Assembly: GCA_025558095.1 (NCBI GenBank)
Contig: JAIVFI010000005.1
Span: 1 to 64,000, forward strand
DNA: 64,000 nt
Direction: 5' to 3'
From: Hyaloraphidium curvatum SAG 235-1
Lineage: Eukaryota > Fungi > Monoblepharomycota
The notes beneath the pieces are model-generated. The model was given only the letters and a program-made list of their open reading frames with translations, had not been told where the DNA came from and did not search any database. This document shows positions 1 through 11,100 of the stretch, piece by piece. Every line of letters begins with the position of its first letter. The stretch's first letter is position 1. The translations under genes and the position numbers were made by a program.

Positions 1-1903
1 ACAGCGGGTCGCCCTGGATGTTGCCCTCGTACATGGTGATCCGGAAAAGGAGCTCCGCCGAGCGCCGGTCGCGGAAGTAGGCGTGGGAAGGGCGCGAGTA
101 AACGAGGTTGTAGTACGGGATAAGCTGAGGCACCTGGCGGACCACCTCGCGCGCGAAGAGGCGGCGCAGCGTATTGAAGGCGTTCCTAGAGTCGACCTTC
201 ATGACGACGTGGTCGGGGAAGGCCGCCAGCCACGCGTTCACCGCGTGGGCGGTCGCCTCCGCGCCCCCGTCCACCCCGTGACCCAGGTCCTCCTGCTGTT
301 GGAGCTTCCTCAGAAGAGCCTTGTGCCGCACGGCCAGGTACGAGCCCGCGAGCCGCGTGATGCCCTCCATAATGCCAATCGGCCGGAGCCCCCCCTCCGG
401 CTTGAGCAGAGGGACGAGGATTTGATCCGTGAGGAGCGGCCGGAGCATGGGGGTGTCGAGTCGGCCAGTGCACACGCCGTGCACCATGGCCGCCAGCGGG
501 CGGAGCTTCCGTCGCGTCGCGTCGTTCTCGCAGTTGTGCACGATGAAAAGTTTGGCCATGCTGAAACCCGACATGCCGGCCCCCACGCCGTCCTTCTTCC
601 GGCGCAACCGGGCCCAGATGTCCTCCAGGAAAGCCGCGTCCGTGTAGGCAGGGCAGGGCGCGGGCGCGTTGGGGGGCAGAGACAGCCGACACAGCGGCTC
701 TCCCTCCCGCGGCCCCGGGTACAGCTCCTCCAGTTCCGCCTGCAGCGTGGGCGTGAAGCCAGCCGGAACGGCCTCCCCCGAGAGCGCCGCGGACGCAGCA
801 CCAGGAGCGCCCTTCAAGGCGGCAAGCACGATGGCCTTGAAGAGCTGGTAGTTGAGCGGCCGCAGCCCGTCCCGCCGCGCGCCCCGGTTGACCTGACGGG
901 CGGCGAAGTAGTTCTGCTCGTACATGTAGTCCCCCGACATGACGTAGCCGCCAAACGCAAGGTAGGCGGTGAGAGTGCGGTGCAGGTCGGTTTCCGGTGC
1001 CGCCGGGTCCTCGTAGGCCCGTTGGAAAGACTCGCTGGCCCGGAAGGCGAGCGTGCTCCAGGTGGTGGTCCGGTAGCGGTGCTTCAGCGGCTCCGGCGGC
1101 GGCGCCCCCGCGCCCCCGCCCGGCGGCGGATCAGGCCCGGGACCCCCGGGTGGACCACCGTCGCCTGGGTCGCCCGGATCACCGCCGTTGCCGTGCCCGC
1201 CAGCCGCGGCGTTGCCGCCCGGCGCGCCGTCGCCGCCTGGGGGATCACCGCCGTCCGGGGCGGCACGCGCCGCCGCCGCCGCCGCCGCCAGCGCCGCCCG
1301 TTGCGCCTGGACGTCCTGCGGGGCGTCGGCCGCAACCCGGGCGGCCGCAAGGGCCGCCATCAGCGCGGGCGCGGGTGGCGAAGCACGGGGAGATGCCGAC
1401 GATGCCGCCGGTGACGCCGGTCCCTCCGCGCGTCCCGTGGCAGCCGCCCGCTCGGCACGCACGCGGTCGAGGAACTCGACGAGATCGGGTGGAAGCGAAG
1501 CTAAAGAGACGCCGAGTGGCGGGTTAGCTGCGTCCGGGTTGCACGAGGTGTGCTGTCCAGAAACACCGGCACCAGAGGCGTTTGCGGCGTAGGGACGCCG
1601 GCAACCCCCGCACCGCGCGAGCCCCATGGCGCGCAACGCATCGGCAGACAGGCGCTGCATCGCCAACCAGTGCTCCGGGCTCCGTGTGACCCGAAGATGA
1701 CCGTCCCGTTTGTTTTTGTTTGGAGTTGGCTGGAAGCGGCAACCATCAACCGGGCACGCATGGAGGCCGGGTTCAGCAGGCGCCTCCGCCATCGGCACAT
1801 CGCCGTCGATGCAAGATTGGTGATGAAGAGATAGAGCTCCGATGTTGGCGAAAGCTGCCGCGCAGCGGTGGCAGCTGTAAGGCAGGAGCGGCGTGCGGCT
1901 CAT
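1..1903 (-). CDS. Non-LTR retrotransposon ZnF + reverse transcriptase ORF (3'-partial, >=634 aa; absent from the ORF track because no stop lies in the window)
   Basis: Manual translation from ATG 1903: MSRTPLLPYSCHRCAAAFANIGALSLHHQSC (Zn finger), CPVDGC..H, CGGC. RT motifs LVPLLKPEGGLRPIGIME, LGHGVDGGAEATAHA, VMKVDSRNAFN, GNIQGDPL. Confidence 0.9.
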   Translation of the reverse strand, partial: MSRTPLLPYSCHRCAAAFANIGALSLHHQSCIDGDVPMAEAPAEPGLHACPVDGCRFQPTPNKNKRDGHLRVTRSPEHWLAMQRLSADALRAMGLARCGGCRRPYAANASGAGVSGQHTSCNPDAANPPLGVSLASLPPDLVEFLDRVRAERAAATGRAEGPASPAASSASPRASPPAPALMAALAAARVAADAPQDVQAQRAALAAAAAAARAAPDGGDPPGGDGAPGGNAAAGGHGNGGDPGDPGDGGPPGGPGPDPPPGGGAGAPPPEPLKHRYRTTTWSTLAFRASESFQRAYEDPAAPETDLHRTLTAYLAFGGYVMSGDYMYEQNYFAARQVNRGARRDGLRPLNYQLFKAIVLAALKGAPGAASAALSGEAVPAGFTPTLQAELEELYPGPREGEPLCRLSLPPNAPAPCPAYTDAAFLEDIWARLRRKKDGVGAGMSGFSMAKLFIVHNCENDATRRKLRPLAAMVHGVCTGRLDTPMLRPLLTDQILVPLLKPEGGLRPIGIMEGITRLAGSYLAVRHKALLRKLQQQEDLGHGVDGGAEATAHAVNAWLAAFPDHVVMKVDSRNAFNTLRRLFAREVVRQVPQLIPYYNLVYSRPSHAYFRDRRSAELLFRITMYEGNIQGDPL

Positions 1904-2751
1904 GGCGAATACGGTGGCGGCGGCGATGCCGGTGTCCCGCCGCCAGGATCAGCTACCGCGGACGGTGCTTTGTCCGACGAGATATCCCAATCGTCGAGCG
2001 CATGTGTCCGCATCCAAACCTCCTGTGACTCGGTCAGGTCGCCCCCCGCCCTGTGCCAGGCCGCAAGCGCCGACCACGCGTCACCGATAGCATCACGGCC
2101 GCCGTCATCGAGGAGCTCGGAACCTGGCCATTCGAGGTGCGCCGGCGAACCGGGCTCCGTGTGAGCATACCAAGGAGGCAAGGTGCGCGTCGGAGTGGAT
2201 ACTTCCGAGGAGCTCTGCCCCCCCCCGGCCGTTGGTGCCGGCGGCGTGCCGGGGGTTGTGCGGGGCGGCGCAGGCGGCAGCTGCAAGCTCGGCACGGCGG
2301 TTGCAGCTGGGGTTTCCCACGGAGGATGGCCTGGGTGCGCCGGGAGCATGGAAGCGGCCGAAGCCGGGGCATCAGCGATCAAGATCGGCGATGACGAGGA
2401 GGGAGATACTTCCGAGCGTGCCGCCCCTTTCCCCCCCGCTGGTGCCGGCAAGCGGGAGGAGCCGCGGGGCGGCGTGGGCAGAGTGTGACCCTCGGCCAAG
2501 CTAGGCACGGCATTTGGCCGAGGGGCCCCGGGGGACGCGGGGTCAATGTCGGAAGTCTCCCCTGCTGCCGCGAACGGCCTCGGAACTCGGTGAGACGTTG
2601 TAGATAGTGGTAGTTGGCGTACCGGTGAAGACTGCAAAACAGCAAAAGATGGAGGGGCTGACCGCGCCCGGGAGGTATCCGGACGAGCTCGGCGCCGAGA
2701 AGAGCAGCCCACTACTCGGCGTTGCCACTTGCTTGGTGGTGTTTTAGGCAT
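1900..2751 (-). CDS. Retrotransposon middle ORF, Pro/Ser-rich, unknown function (283 aa)
   Basis: Fills the gap between ORF1 and the RT ORF exactly. Its ATG overlaps the ORF1 stop (ATGCCTAA) and its TGA overlaps the RT ATG (ATGA). Confidence 0.55.
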   Translation of the reverse strand: MPKTPPSKWQRRVVGCSSRRRARPDTSRARSAPPSFAVLQSSPVRQLPLSTTSHRVPRPFAAAGETSDIDPASPGAPRPNAVPSLAEGHTLPTPPRGSSRLPAPAGGKGAARSEVSPSSSSPILIADAPASAASMLPAHPGHPPWETPAATAVPSLQLPPAPPRTTPGTPPAPTAGGGQSSSEVSTPTRTLPPWYAHTEPGSPAHLEWPGSELLDDGGRDAIGDAWSALAAWHRAGGDLTESQEVWMRTHALDDWDISSDKAPSAVADPGGGTPASPPPPYSP

Positions 2752-4882
2752 TCAAGGACGGTGAGCCAGGAGCCGGCAGCAGGGATCCGGTTGACATGGA
2801 GGCGGCCTTGGCCTGGGGGGAGCCGGGCTTGCGAGCGGCCGCCTTGGCCTTCCGTTCCGCTTTGGCGGATTTGACGTCGATTTGCTGATACGGCTTGGCA
2901 ACCTTGTCCGGGTTTGTCCCTGCCACATCCTCCACGGGACGGCCCTTGCCTGCGTGCTTGGGGCCTGGGGCCATCGTAGGATCACCAACCGCGGATGCCC
3001 CAGCGGCCTCATCGGCCGTGTGCATGTCTTCGCTTGGTGCCTCCGAGTTCGAACCATCGCCCTCAGCAGAGGCTTCGGAGGCAGCGTCGTTTCCACCCGA
3101 GGCCTCAGAGCCGGTGGCATCCTCCTCCATCGCAGATTCCGTGCCCTCCATTGCGGGAGCAGCAAGCTCCAGATCCTCCAGCGCGGTATTGGCTGCAACC
3201 TGCTGTGCAGCACTGCTGATGGCGTTCTCAGCGGCCAGCTGGTCGGCACCACCCATGTCCTCGTCCCCATCCTTGTCAGCCGGCTCCAAAATGGGAAGAC
3301 CATGGAAATCCATCTTTTCGGCGGCGTCAGACTCCCCCCAATCGACCGAAGCACCGGCACTACCACCACCAAGTGCCGAAAACCGGTTGTGGGACGCCTT
3401 GGCCACTGGCTGGGCAAGAGCTGGGGGCGCAGAGCCTGCGCGCTTGCCGGACGGCCCAGCTGTAAGCCACTCGTCGGCCGCAGGGGCGGTGGGGGAAGCC
3501 AGATGCCGAGGAACGACCTCTTCCCTCAGGGGGGGCAGCCGTGGGGTCGTGGCGGGCTCCACCGTTGGGGGAGAGAGCCGTACGTTGGCCGGGTTGTGAA
3601 TGCAGTCCGCCTCGTGTGCACGGCGTGCTTGCGGGCTGGCAAAGGCGCCGGGATTCATGCGGTTGAGACCGTCTGGGCAGTAAGCACAGTTGGTGCACGT
3701 GGCATCGTCACCGACGTGGCCGCCCGTGCGCTTGCAGTGGCCGCACTGTCCGTTGCTACTGTCATAGCGGACAGCTGGGCGAAGGAGCTTGTGCTGGAGG
3801 AGCGTCCCCCACGAGTCAAGGAAGCAGTACGAGGGTGGGCCAATGCGTGCTGCGCGGTCAAAGAAGGCATCAACCCCGCACTGCGAGACGTCGAAAGTGA
3901 CCCGCCAGAAGGCGTTGCTGTCGGTGCCCGAGATGGGAGCCGCTTCAATGACTTGGCAAGGGGCCCCATAGTGGTTCTGGAAAGTCGCGTAGAGGCGGGC
4001 CCACCAGTCCGGGCACTCGTGCACCGAACCAGGGACGATCATGGGCCCGATCTTGAGCTCGGCGTGCGTGTCCTTGAAGACAGGGTGGATGCGCAGCCGA
4101 CGCGTCGGTCCGTTTGGGAACTTGACCTCCAGCACCCCCTGCTCCACCAAGGCGTTGATAGCGTCTGCCCCGTCGACAGCACCAACAACACAGAAGAGGT
4201 CCAGTCGCGAGTAACGCGGGTTGTAGCCTCGCGTCTCGGTCGTGAAGACGGTGGTGGGGAAGGTCGCCTTCGCCACGGCTTCGGCGACGACGCGCCGTCG
4301 GTCCTTTGGCACACCGTTGAGGTCGATGAGGCAGTGGGGGACAGGCCCAATGAAGGCCGGCGTGTAGCCCCGACCGTTGGCGTGCGGTTGCACCCGATCG
4401 ATGAGCTTGGCGTAGTTGGTGGGCGCCGAGAAAGGCATGGCAGAAGCCAGATGCTCCGCCATCGCGCCGTCCGTGACACGAACAATCGGGCGGTCGGGCG
4501 AGGTGCGCGACGTTGCTGCGGCGAAAGAGCGAGACCCCAGGCGCGTGGCGGGGGCGGTTGCTTTCGGGAGACGATTGTGCTGAGCCGGCTCCTCCCGGGC
4601 GCCGCCGTTGGCGGACGCGGGGCGGATTTCAGTGGTCGATTCAGCAGCGTCCTCCTTAGAACCTGTCAGCTGAGCCGTAGCACCAGCGGGGGCCGGCGCG
4701 GGCTCCTCTGCCGCGCCAGGGAGGCGAGGAGAGGCAGCGACGCCGGGAGCGTGGGAAGAGTGGACGGGATTCGCAAGCGCCTCCGAGGAGGCCGCGGCGA
4801 GCGCAGGGGAGACCTTGCCATCAGGCAGGACCACGGGAGCGGCCGCATCATTGGGCCCCTGCCCTGTGTCAGGGGGGTCCAT
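2744..4882 (-). CDS. Retrotransposon ORF1, gag-like nucleic-acid-binding protein (712 aa)
   Basis: Knuckle-like CGHCKRTGGHVGDDATC followed by CAYC...HEADC; low-complexity acidic tail; lies upstream of the RT in the same orientation. Confidence 0.7.
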   Translation of the reverse strand: MDPPDTGQGPNDAAAPVVLPDGKVSPALAAASSEALANPVHSSHAPGVAASPRLPGAAEEPAPAPAGATAQLTGSKEDAAESTTEIRPASANGGAREEPAQHNRLPKATAPATRLGSRSFAAATSRTSPDRPIVRVTDGAMAEHLASAMPFSAPTNYAKLIDRVQPHANGRGYTPAFIGPVPHCLIDLNGVPKDRRRVVAEAVAKATFPTTVFTTETRGYNPRYSRLDLFCVVGAVDGADAINALVEQGVLEVKFPNGPTRRLRIHPVFKDTHAELKIGPMIVPGSVHECPDWWARLYATFQNHYGAPCQVIEAAPISGTDSNAFWRVTFDVSQCGVDAFFDRAARIGPPSYCFLDSWGTLLQHKLLRPAVRYDSSNGQCGHCKRTGGHVGDDATCTNCAYCPDGLNRMNPGAFASPQARRAHEADCIHNPANVRLSPPTVEPATTPRLPPLREEVVPRHLASPTAPAADEWLTAGPSGKRAGSAPPALAQPVAKASHNRFSALGGGSAGASVDWGESDAAEKMDFHGLPILEPADKDGDEDMGGADQLAAENAISSAAQQVAANTALEDLELAAPAMEGTESAMEEDATGSEASGGNDAASEASAEGDGSNSEAPSEDMHTADEAAGASAVGDPTMAPGPKHAGKGRPVEDVAGTNPDKVAKPYQQIDVKSAKAERKAKAAARKPGSPQAKAASMSTGSLLPAPGSPSLNA

Positions 4883-4917
4883 ACTCTCGGGGCGGGGTGT
4901 TCGGGTCAGGGGGGTCC
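4868..4917. repeat. 13-bp direct repeat GTCAGGGGGGTCC (4868-4880, 4905-4917) at the retrotransposon 5' end
   Basis: Exact repeat seen in the sequence. Confidence 0.85.
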
Positions 4918-4932
4918 GGGAGGCATTAGCTA

Positions 4933-5100
4933 CACTCTCAGAAACTGCTACTGTGCCCCCTGTGCCGCAATCCTTTGCGGCCTAGCAGCAATGTTCATCA
5001 TCGAGCCTGCGAATAAAAGGCGGTCCCTGACGGACTCCACCTCGATCAAGCAAATGCAATGGCGCCCACGCGGTGCATGGCACGCCAACTTGTAACTGTT
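4933..5100 (-). ncRNA. Candidate Fanzor omegaRNA scaffold
   Basis: Position at the Fanzor 3' end/element end is typical of TnpB/Fanzor omegaRNAs. Nested stems CTGCTA(4945-50)/TAGCAG(4983-88), GCCGCAA(4964-70)/TTGCGGC(4975-81), and ATCGAG(5000-05)/CTCGAT(5041-46) enclosing GTCC/GGAC. Boundaries are inferred. Confidence 0.5.
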
Positions 5101-8100
5101 TCCGCGGCCAGGTCAGCTTGCCGGCTTGAGCTTCTTGACCGACCCATTCGCGGCGCTTGCGGCCGTACGCTTGCGGCCTGTGGCGGCACCTGGAGCTCCC
5201 GGATCAGCTCGGGATGACGCTCGGGATGACCGTCGCGAATGCGAGCGCGCTCACCCGCGGACTTGCGCGGCGCTGCACCAGTCCCAGCTCGGAGCTTGGG
5301 CTGCGGCTTCGGCTTCCTGGTGTCCGGCCTGAACGGCCAGGGGCGCTCCCCTCCGGTGATGAGGCCGAACCAGAAGAGGTGCTCCATGGAGTGCACACTG
5401 TTCACGTCGCGCATCCAGAAGCGGCGGCAGAGGGGACAGTATTTCACCCCGCGCACCTCGCCCTTGGAGCCGGGGTTCCGGATTCCGACGACATAGGTGG
5501 TCTTGCAGCTGGAAAGGACGTCAGGCGAGTCGGATGATCACGGCGGTTGCCGCACCAGCTGCACATTTGGGACGTGAGGTACTCGTTGACCAAGACCATG
5601 ATCCCGGCCTTGGCCAGCTCCGCCCTGAAGCGAACGATCCGGGAGGCCGGGCCGCCCTTGCTCGCATGGCCGAATCGCGCGGCGCCGTATGCGATGGTCG
5701 TCTGTGGATCGTACTTGCCCGAATACGGGTTGCGACACATGTCGCGACAGATCCAGCTGAGGACCTCGCGGCGCCGGCGAATCGTGCGCACACGATCCAG
5801 GCTGCAGGATGCGTGAGCGAAGTCGTTGCCACAGGGATTGGCTTGCCCACCTCCGTTCTCCGGAACAGTAGACGTCCAGGATGCGGTCGAGTTGTGGCAG
5901 CAGCGCCCTCGTGTAGTCCGAGAAGGCTGCACTGTTCGTTGTGCGTTGAGAGGGCAGGTCGCGCTCGAAATCGTGGAGAGACTTCTGCACAGGGTTGCCC
6001 TCGCAATCGTTGACGTCCAGCATGGTGGTCCGCTTGGTGGCATTCAGACGCGCGGCCGCCTTGTCGTAGCCGCACAGGCGGCGGTCGAGCTTGGCCGGAA
6101 CACCGAGGATGAGCTCCGGCAGCGCCGGGGTCCCCGCACGGCCGGCACCAGCGACCTCGCCCCACAGCTTGGCACCAAACTCGTCCGTGCAGCCGCCAGG
6201 GGTCGGGAACAGTTCGATGTTGCGCCGAGCGTGCTTCTCCGCCTTTGCAGCGTCGTTGGGGCGCGAATCGGGCGCCGGCGGCTTGAACTCCGAGATCTTG
6301 GGCTCCCAGAGCGGGTGGTGTCTGCACGCTCCAGCGGCAGGCGGCGACGGACCGAAAGACCTTGCGATCCGCTTAGTATCGGAGCAGGAGTGCTCTAGGT
6401 GGAAGCCGACGATCCTCCCGAAGCTGACGGAACCGTCGGCCTTGGACGGGTTCGCCCGCTTCGGCACGTAGTGCGACTTGGTGCCGTCGGCATTGGTCAC
6501 GGTGATGCGCTCCGTTGTCCCCGGCAGATGACTGTTGGCGAAGTCGTAGCGTCCGTTCGGCCCGGGGTTCAGGCTCTTGGCAACGAGCCGCACGTCGACG
6601 CGGCGGTTGGCAACAGCCAGAAACCAGCGATTCGGATCCACGTCGACGACCCCGCCCTCCACTGGCTCGCCGCGCTCGGCCCGCTCGAACATTTCCGCCT
6701 GCGTCGGCATGTGCAGGAGATTGGGTGCCAGCACGGACACATGGTCAGGGCGGCTGAGGTAGTAGACGGGAATGCCAGTCTTGAAGTCGACCGGGGGCCG
6801 CGGCAACGGCTCGGCAGAACGCGGCGGGAGCGGAACCGGGGTCGGGGCCAGCTGAGGAGGTACGGGGGCAGCGAACTTGCCCTCGACCGTTACCGTCGGC
6901 GGCGACGGTTCGACCGCGCAAACGACGACTTCGGGAGGGAAGCAAGAAAGGAAGGGGGAAGGAAGTGGCGGCGAGAAGTCGGGGAAAGGAAGGGCCGCGC
7001 ATGGATGCACAGAAGTCTCGGGCACCGAGTCACCGGGCGAGACAGTCGCGCAGGGAGGGTCGTTGTGCCCCGAGCTCAGGGGCGCGAACACGTTGGGCGC
7101 ACAGTCCACGGCCTTGCAGGCGGCATCTTGACAGCACGAGCACGGGTCGTGCACCCAATGCGGGGGCGGTTCCGGGGGAATGGAGGCAGGGAGAGAAGTC
7201 GAGGCTGGTGGTTCGACGAAGGAGTTAAAGGGCGGGGGTTCCGGCGGGACCGCGGCGGGGATGCCGCAGTCCGCCGGAGGCTCGGAAGGCATGGTGGTGA
7301 AGTTAAGGTTGCTGCTGGCACAATAAGAGGGCTCCCAATCCATCGGGACCGATTCGTCCCCTTGGGCCGTCGCCTGCAGGTAGTAGACCATGCCCCCATG
7401 CCAAATCCGATTCTGGCCTGGAAAAGTGAGGATCCGATCAGCCTCCGAACCCGTGCGTCACTGAGCAAAATGCCCACCATCGAAGACAGCCATGTCGCAC
7501 GGCGGGTCCGGATCGCCGTTTGGCAGCCATGGACCGGTGTAGAGCGGCGGGTAGGGATCCATCGGAACATCGCGAGGGAACGAAACATCCACTTCGAAAG
7601 CAGCAAGACCGGCGGGCACATGAGCTGCGGCGGGAACGGAGACGGTGGGCCGAGTTTGAACAGGAGGAGCCGGCGCGGCTGCTGGCGAATGCGCTGCGCG
7701 CTTTGGCGGCTCGACGTCCTGTGTCGTGTTTTGCCGCTCCTGCTGCTGCGACTGCTGGAACGAGACCTTTTCCACGAAGGAGACTTCTTCGTTAAGAATG
7801 CCCAGGGTGCTGCCGCAATGATAGATGCCCCGGACGCCGGAGTACCTCAGAACGTCCGCGGTGCGACGATAGATGGGCTGCGTGGCGGCGGCATGGCCCC
7901 TGGCCGAGACTTTGCCCTGCTGACGGAGGCGGAAGAGCCGGTCCTCGTTGACGAGTTGGTTGCCGCCGTTGAGCAGGTGGCCGAATAGGTAGTCCGAGTC
8001 AACGCGCGAGGTGTCGATGCCAGGCGCGACCTCCACGCCCAGCTTGGACAAAAACTCGGGCAGATCCGAGGCCGAGATGTAGACGGTCACGGGGGACAAG

Positions 8101-11100
8101 CTGATTTCGGCGACCGCAGCCCGAAGCTTCCGCCGCGCCCACGAGGCTGCCTTTTCCTTGCCGGTCTGGGCGGCGCCAAGCCCCGCCATCGCGGCGGCGG
8201 CGGCCGCCTTGCGCTCCCGCCGCTTCGTCTCCATGGTCTCCTTCTTGGCGAGTCCCTCGGGCCCCGGCTGCGGTCGGCGCTTACGGAAGCTCACGACGAA
8301 CCCGTGCCATCGCTTCGGGGAGCCATTCTTGCTGTAATGCCGCTTCTCGACGCGGTGCGGCCGCCACGTGTTGCGGGCCCTCCTGGTCTTGTTCGAAGCC
8401 TCCCTGTCCTTGACCGGAGCAGTTGAAATGGTTGGGAAAGTTGGGGTTGAATCGGGGTCCCTGGCGGTGCTCGTCCTCCGCGCCGTTCCAGGTTCCGGCA
8501 GTGCAGCAGCCGCGGACGCGGCCCTCTTCTTCAGCGCCTCGTCCTGCTTTTCGAGCTCGTGCAGGGCGATGAAGCACATCTGGAAGCCGAAGGCTTCGTC
8601 CGCGGGGTTCGTGGATGAACGACACTTGTCGAGGTCATACTCGCTCATCCGCGCCACCAGAAGCTTCTCGCTTTCCCAGTGGGGCCGGTTCTGCCCCACC
8701 AATGCCGCCGCCGCCGCCTCGTTCATGTCCTCGGCGTGCTCGGGGACCCAGAACTTGGGTTTCTGCTCTGTCGACCGAATCGTTGCCGTGGTCACGGCCG
8801 GGTAGCGGAAGGGGATGCTCCGAAGCTGTAGACGGTTTGCAACCACCCAGTCCCTCAGCTCCTGCAGCTCCACCTTTCGCAAGTCAGCCTTCTCCGCAGG
8901 TGAGGCCCGCGGCAGCGTCTCCCAAATGTTCTGGAGGTAGCTGCGCACCGCCTCCGTTTCCGCGTCGACCTTTCCGCGCGGCTTGCCCTTCGGCAGGTTC
9001 ACGGTTCGCACCGCGGCCGCCACGGGGTTGCCCGCCTGCTTGTCCTGCAGGACCCGAGCGATAACCCTCCGCTGCGAAACGGTTGCCGGCACCGGCGGCT
9101 TCTGTTTTGAATCCCGGAGGTCAACGATCCGGTTCAGCTGCAAGCCTCTGAACGGCCGGAGGAGCCTCCCCAGCCCGACCCTGAGCTCCGTGGCCTCGGC
9201 GAGACCACAGCCAAATGCGCTTTCGAACGGGAAATTGGAGAAGTCGTCGTCCCCATATCCGAGCTTTGCCAGAGCGTAGCTGAGGATTGGGCCAATCCGC
9301 CTCCGGCCGACGCCCGCGTTCACCTCCCCGCGTAGGAAGCGACGGATGAGAACCTTGAGCGCAGTCAGCAGCCGCTGCGGCACGCTTCGAGCTCGGTTGA
9401 AAGCGACCTGCTCGGCATAGCGGAGCAAAGGTCCCTGCACGAAAAGCGGCCTGAGCTTGTCGTACGTCTCGCCCACAAGTTCCCGCGCCTCTGCAAACGC
9501 AGCAACGGCCGCCTTGCGGACAAGCTTTGCCGCTGCGTTGTGCTCCGCGACGGTGAGAACGGACGGTGCGCCCTGATCAGCAACCTGCGAGAGATCGGGG
9601 GTGTCCTCAGCCGTAACCAAGTCCTCGTCCTCAATCTGATCCAGCTCGCCGTGCAAGAAGTCGGCCAAGATCTTGGCGCCGGCCTGGTCCTCGGCCATCG
9701 CGTCGTCATCGTCCTCGAAGTCAACGTCCTCGAGCACCTCGTCTCGATCGTCGTCGTTGGCTCCGAGGTCCGGACCGCCGTCCACAAGCTGCTCCACTCC
9801 TGGCGCCCCCGAATGGCCCGAGTATCTCGCCCCAGCACCGAGCCCGGCCGACTTCTGCTTTCCCGCGCGGCGGGTTCCAACAGCGGCGGACATCTGGCCG
9901 GCACCAAGCACGGCGTGGATGGCAATCTTTGCGACGTAAGACGGGGGAAAGCTGGCGAGCATGTCCTGCGTGACGGATCCGTCTTGGTCCGGGAGCTCTT
10001 TGTTGTGGATCTGCAACAAGATCTTGGTCCAGATGATCTTGAATAAGATGGCGGCGAGGGTGCAGGCCTTGGTGATGAGGGGCCCGACTTGCTCGTACGG
10101 GCCCCGCGCCCATGGGTGGCACACCTCGGCCGCCGGGAACCACTCGACGGCCAGCTCCGTCATCGTCTTGTATCGCTCGTGCTGGGGGTCGCCAAGTGCG
10201 AGGAAGCCGTTGAGCGCGACCCACCGCCGCTTCGGAGAGCACTCCTGCCGGTGCCTCCCGCCACCGGCGAAACAGAAAGGGCAGGACGAGCCGCCGAGGC
10301 CCGTAGGAATGTTGGCTTTGAGGTTTGTCGACGCGAACGGGACAATGTAGTGTGCGTTGGCAATGAACTGGCCGAACGACGTGGTGAGATTCCTTGGGGC
10401 GACCAAACTGTCCGCGGCGGCGGTCAGCTTCGCATCGGTCCCAGGCATGCATGGAAAGCGCGGTGCAACTCACGCCCCACGGTGGTTCTCCTCGACATGC
10501 TGCCGGAACTCACTCTCGAGGTCGAACTGATGTCCCTTCCCCGGGCACGCTCTGCAGGTGAGGTGCGCACCCTTGACGTGGTGGAGGAGCCGAAGCTCGG
10601 CGTCATAGACACGCTCCCGCGCAGCTCCGTCAGCCACCATCCCCGACGCCGCGACCTTGCGCCGCCGCCCAGCCTTCGCCGGGACTTCGCCTTCCACCTG
10701 CACACTGAAGGAACAGAGCGGACAATCCCGCTTCTGGATACGGCCGAAGTCCAGCAGTCCAACGGATTCCGCGAGGAAGTGGAGCTTGGCGTCGAGCGCG
10801 GTGCGCGCGGCCTCCTGCCGTGCTTCGGGGTTGCTACCGCGCACCAGCGCGGGCATACCGCACAAGTCCAGGGTAAAATCGCGCATCTTGGGCCCCGACT
10901 CCAGCAGCCGCAGCGTCACCATGGAAGAGTGTTCCCACCCGAGCTGCTCCGCCTTCAGGAACAGGGTTGCCAGCAGCTTATCGCCCTCTGCATCCAGTCC
11001 AGGTACGCCCGGGCTCATCTGGAAAAGGCCCGGGAACGAAAGCAGCTGCCGGGGCAAAAATCAGTTTGGGATTGCGGGGCTGCTCGACAGGAGATTGCAC

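Larger units (their letters stand above)
1..4930 (-). mobile_element. CRE-clade-like (RLE-type) non-LTR retrotransposon, 5' part; continues beyond left edge
   Basis: Three consecutive minus-strand ORFs: gag-like Zn-knuckle ORF, short ORF, ZnF-RT ORF. RT motifs are of the early-branching non-LTR type. 5' boundary is approximate. Confidence 0.8.

Noticed and set aside
83-1414. 443-aa plus-strand ORF and many other long antisense ORFs (e.g. 2882-5095, 6399-7988, 26785-28758, 42290-44314, 45991-47448)
   Set aside because: Shadow frames of real genes in high-GC DNA; Arg/Pro/Gly-rich with no recognisable motifs.
1-4882. LTR or DIRS retrotransposon interpretation
   Set aside because: RT motifs (KPxGGxRPI, DxxNAFN, QGDPL) are non-LTR type; no protease, integrase, tyrosine recombinase or LTR seen.
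5046-11057. Reading the Fanzor region as several separate or pseudogenised ORFs
   Set aside because: Each break coincides with a canonical host-sized intron whose removal restores the frame.
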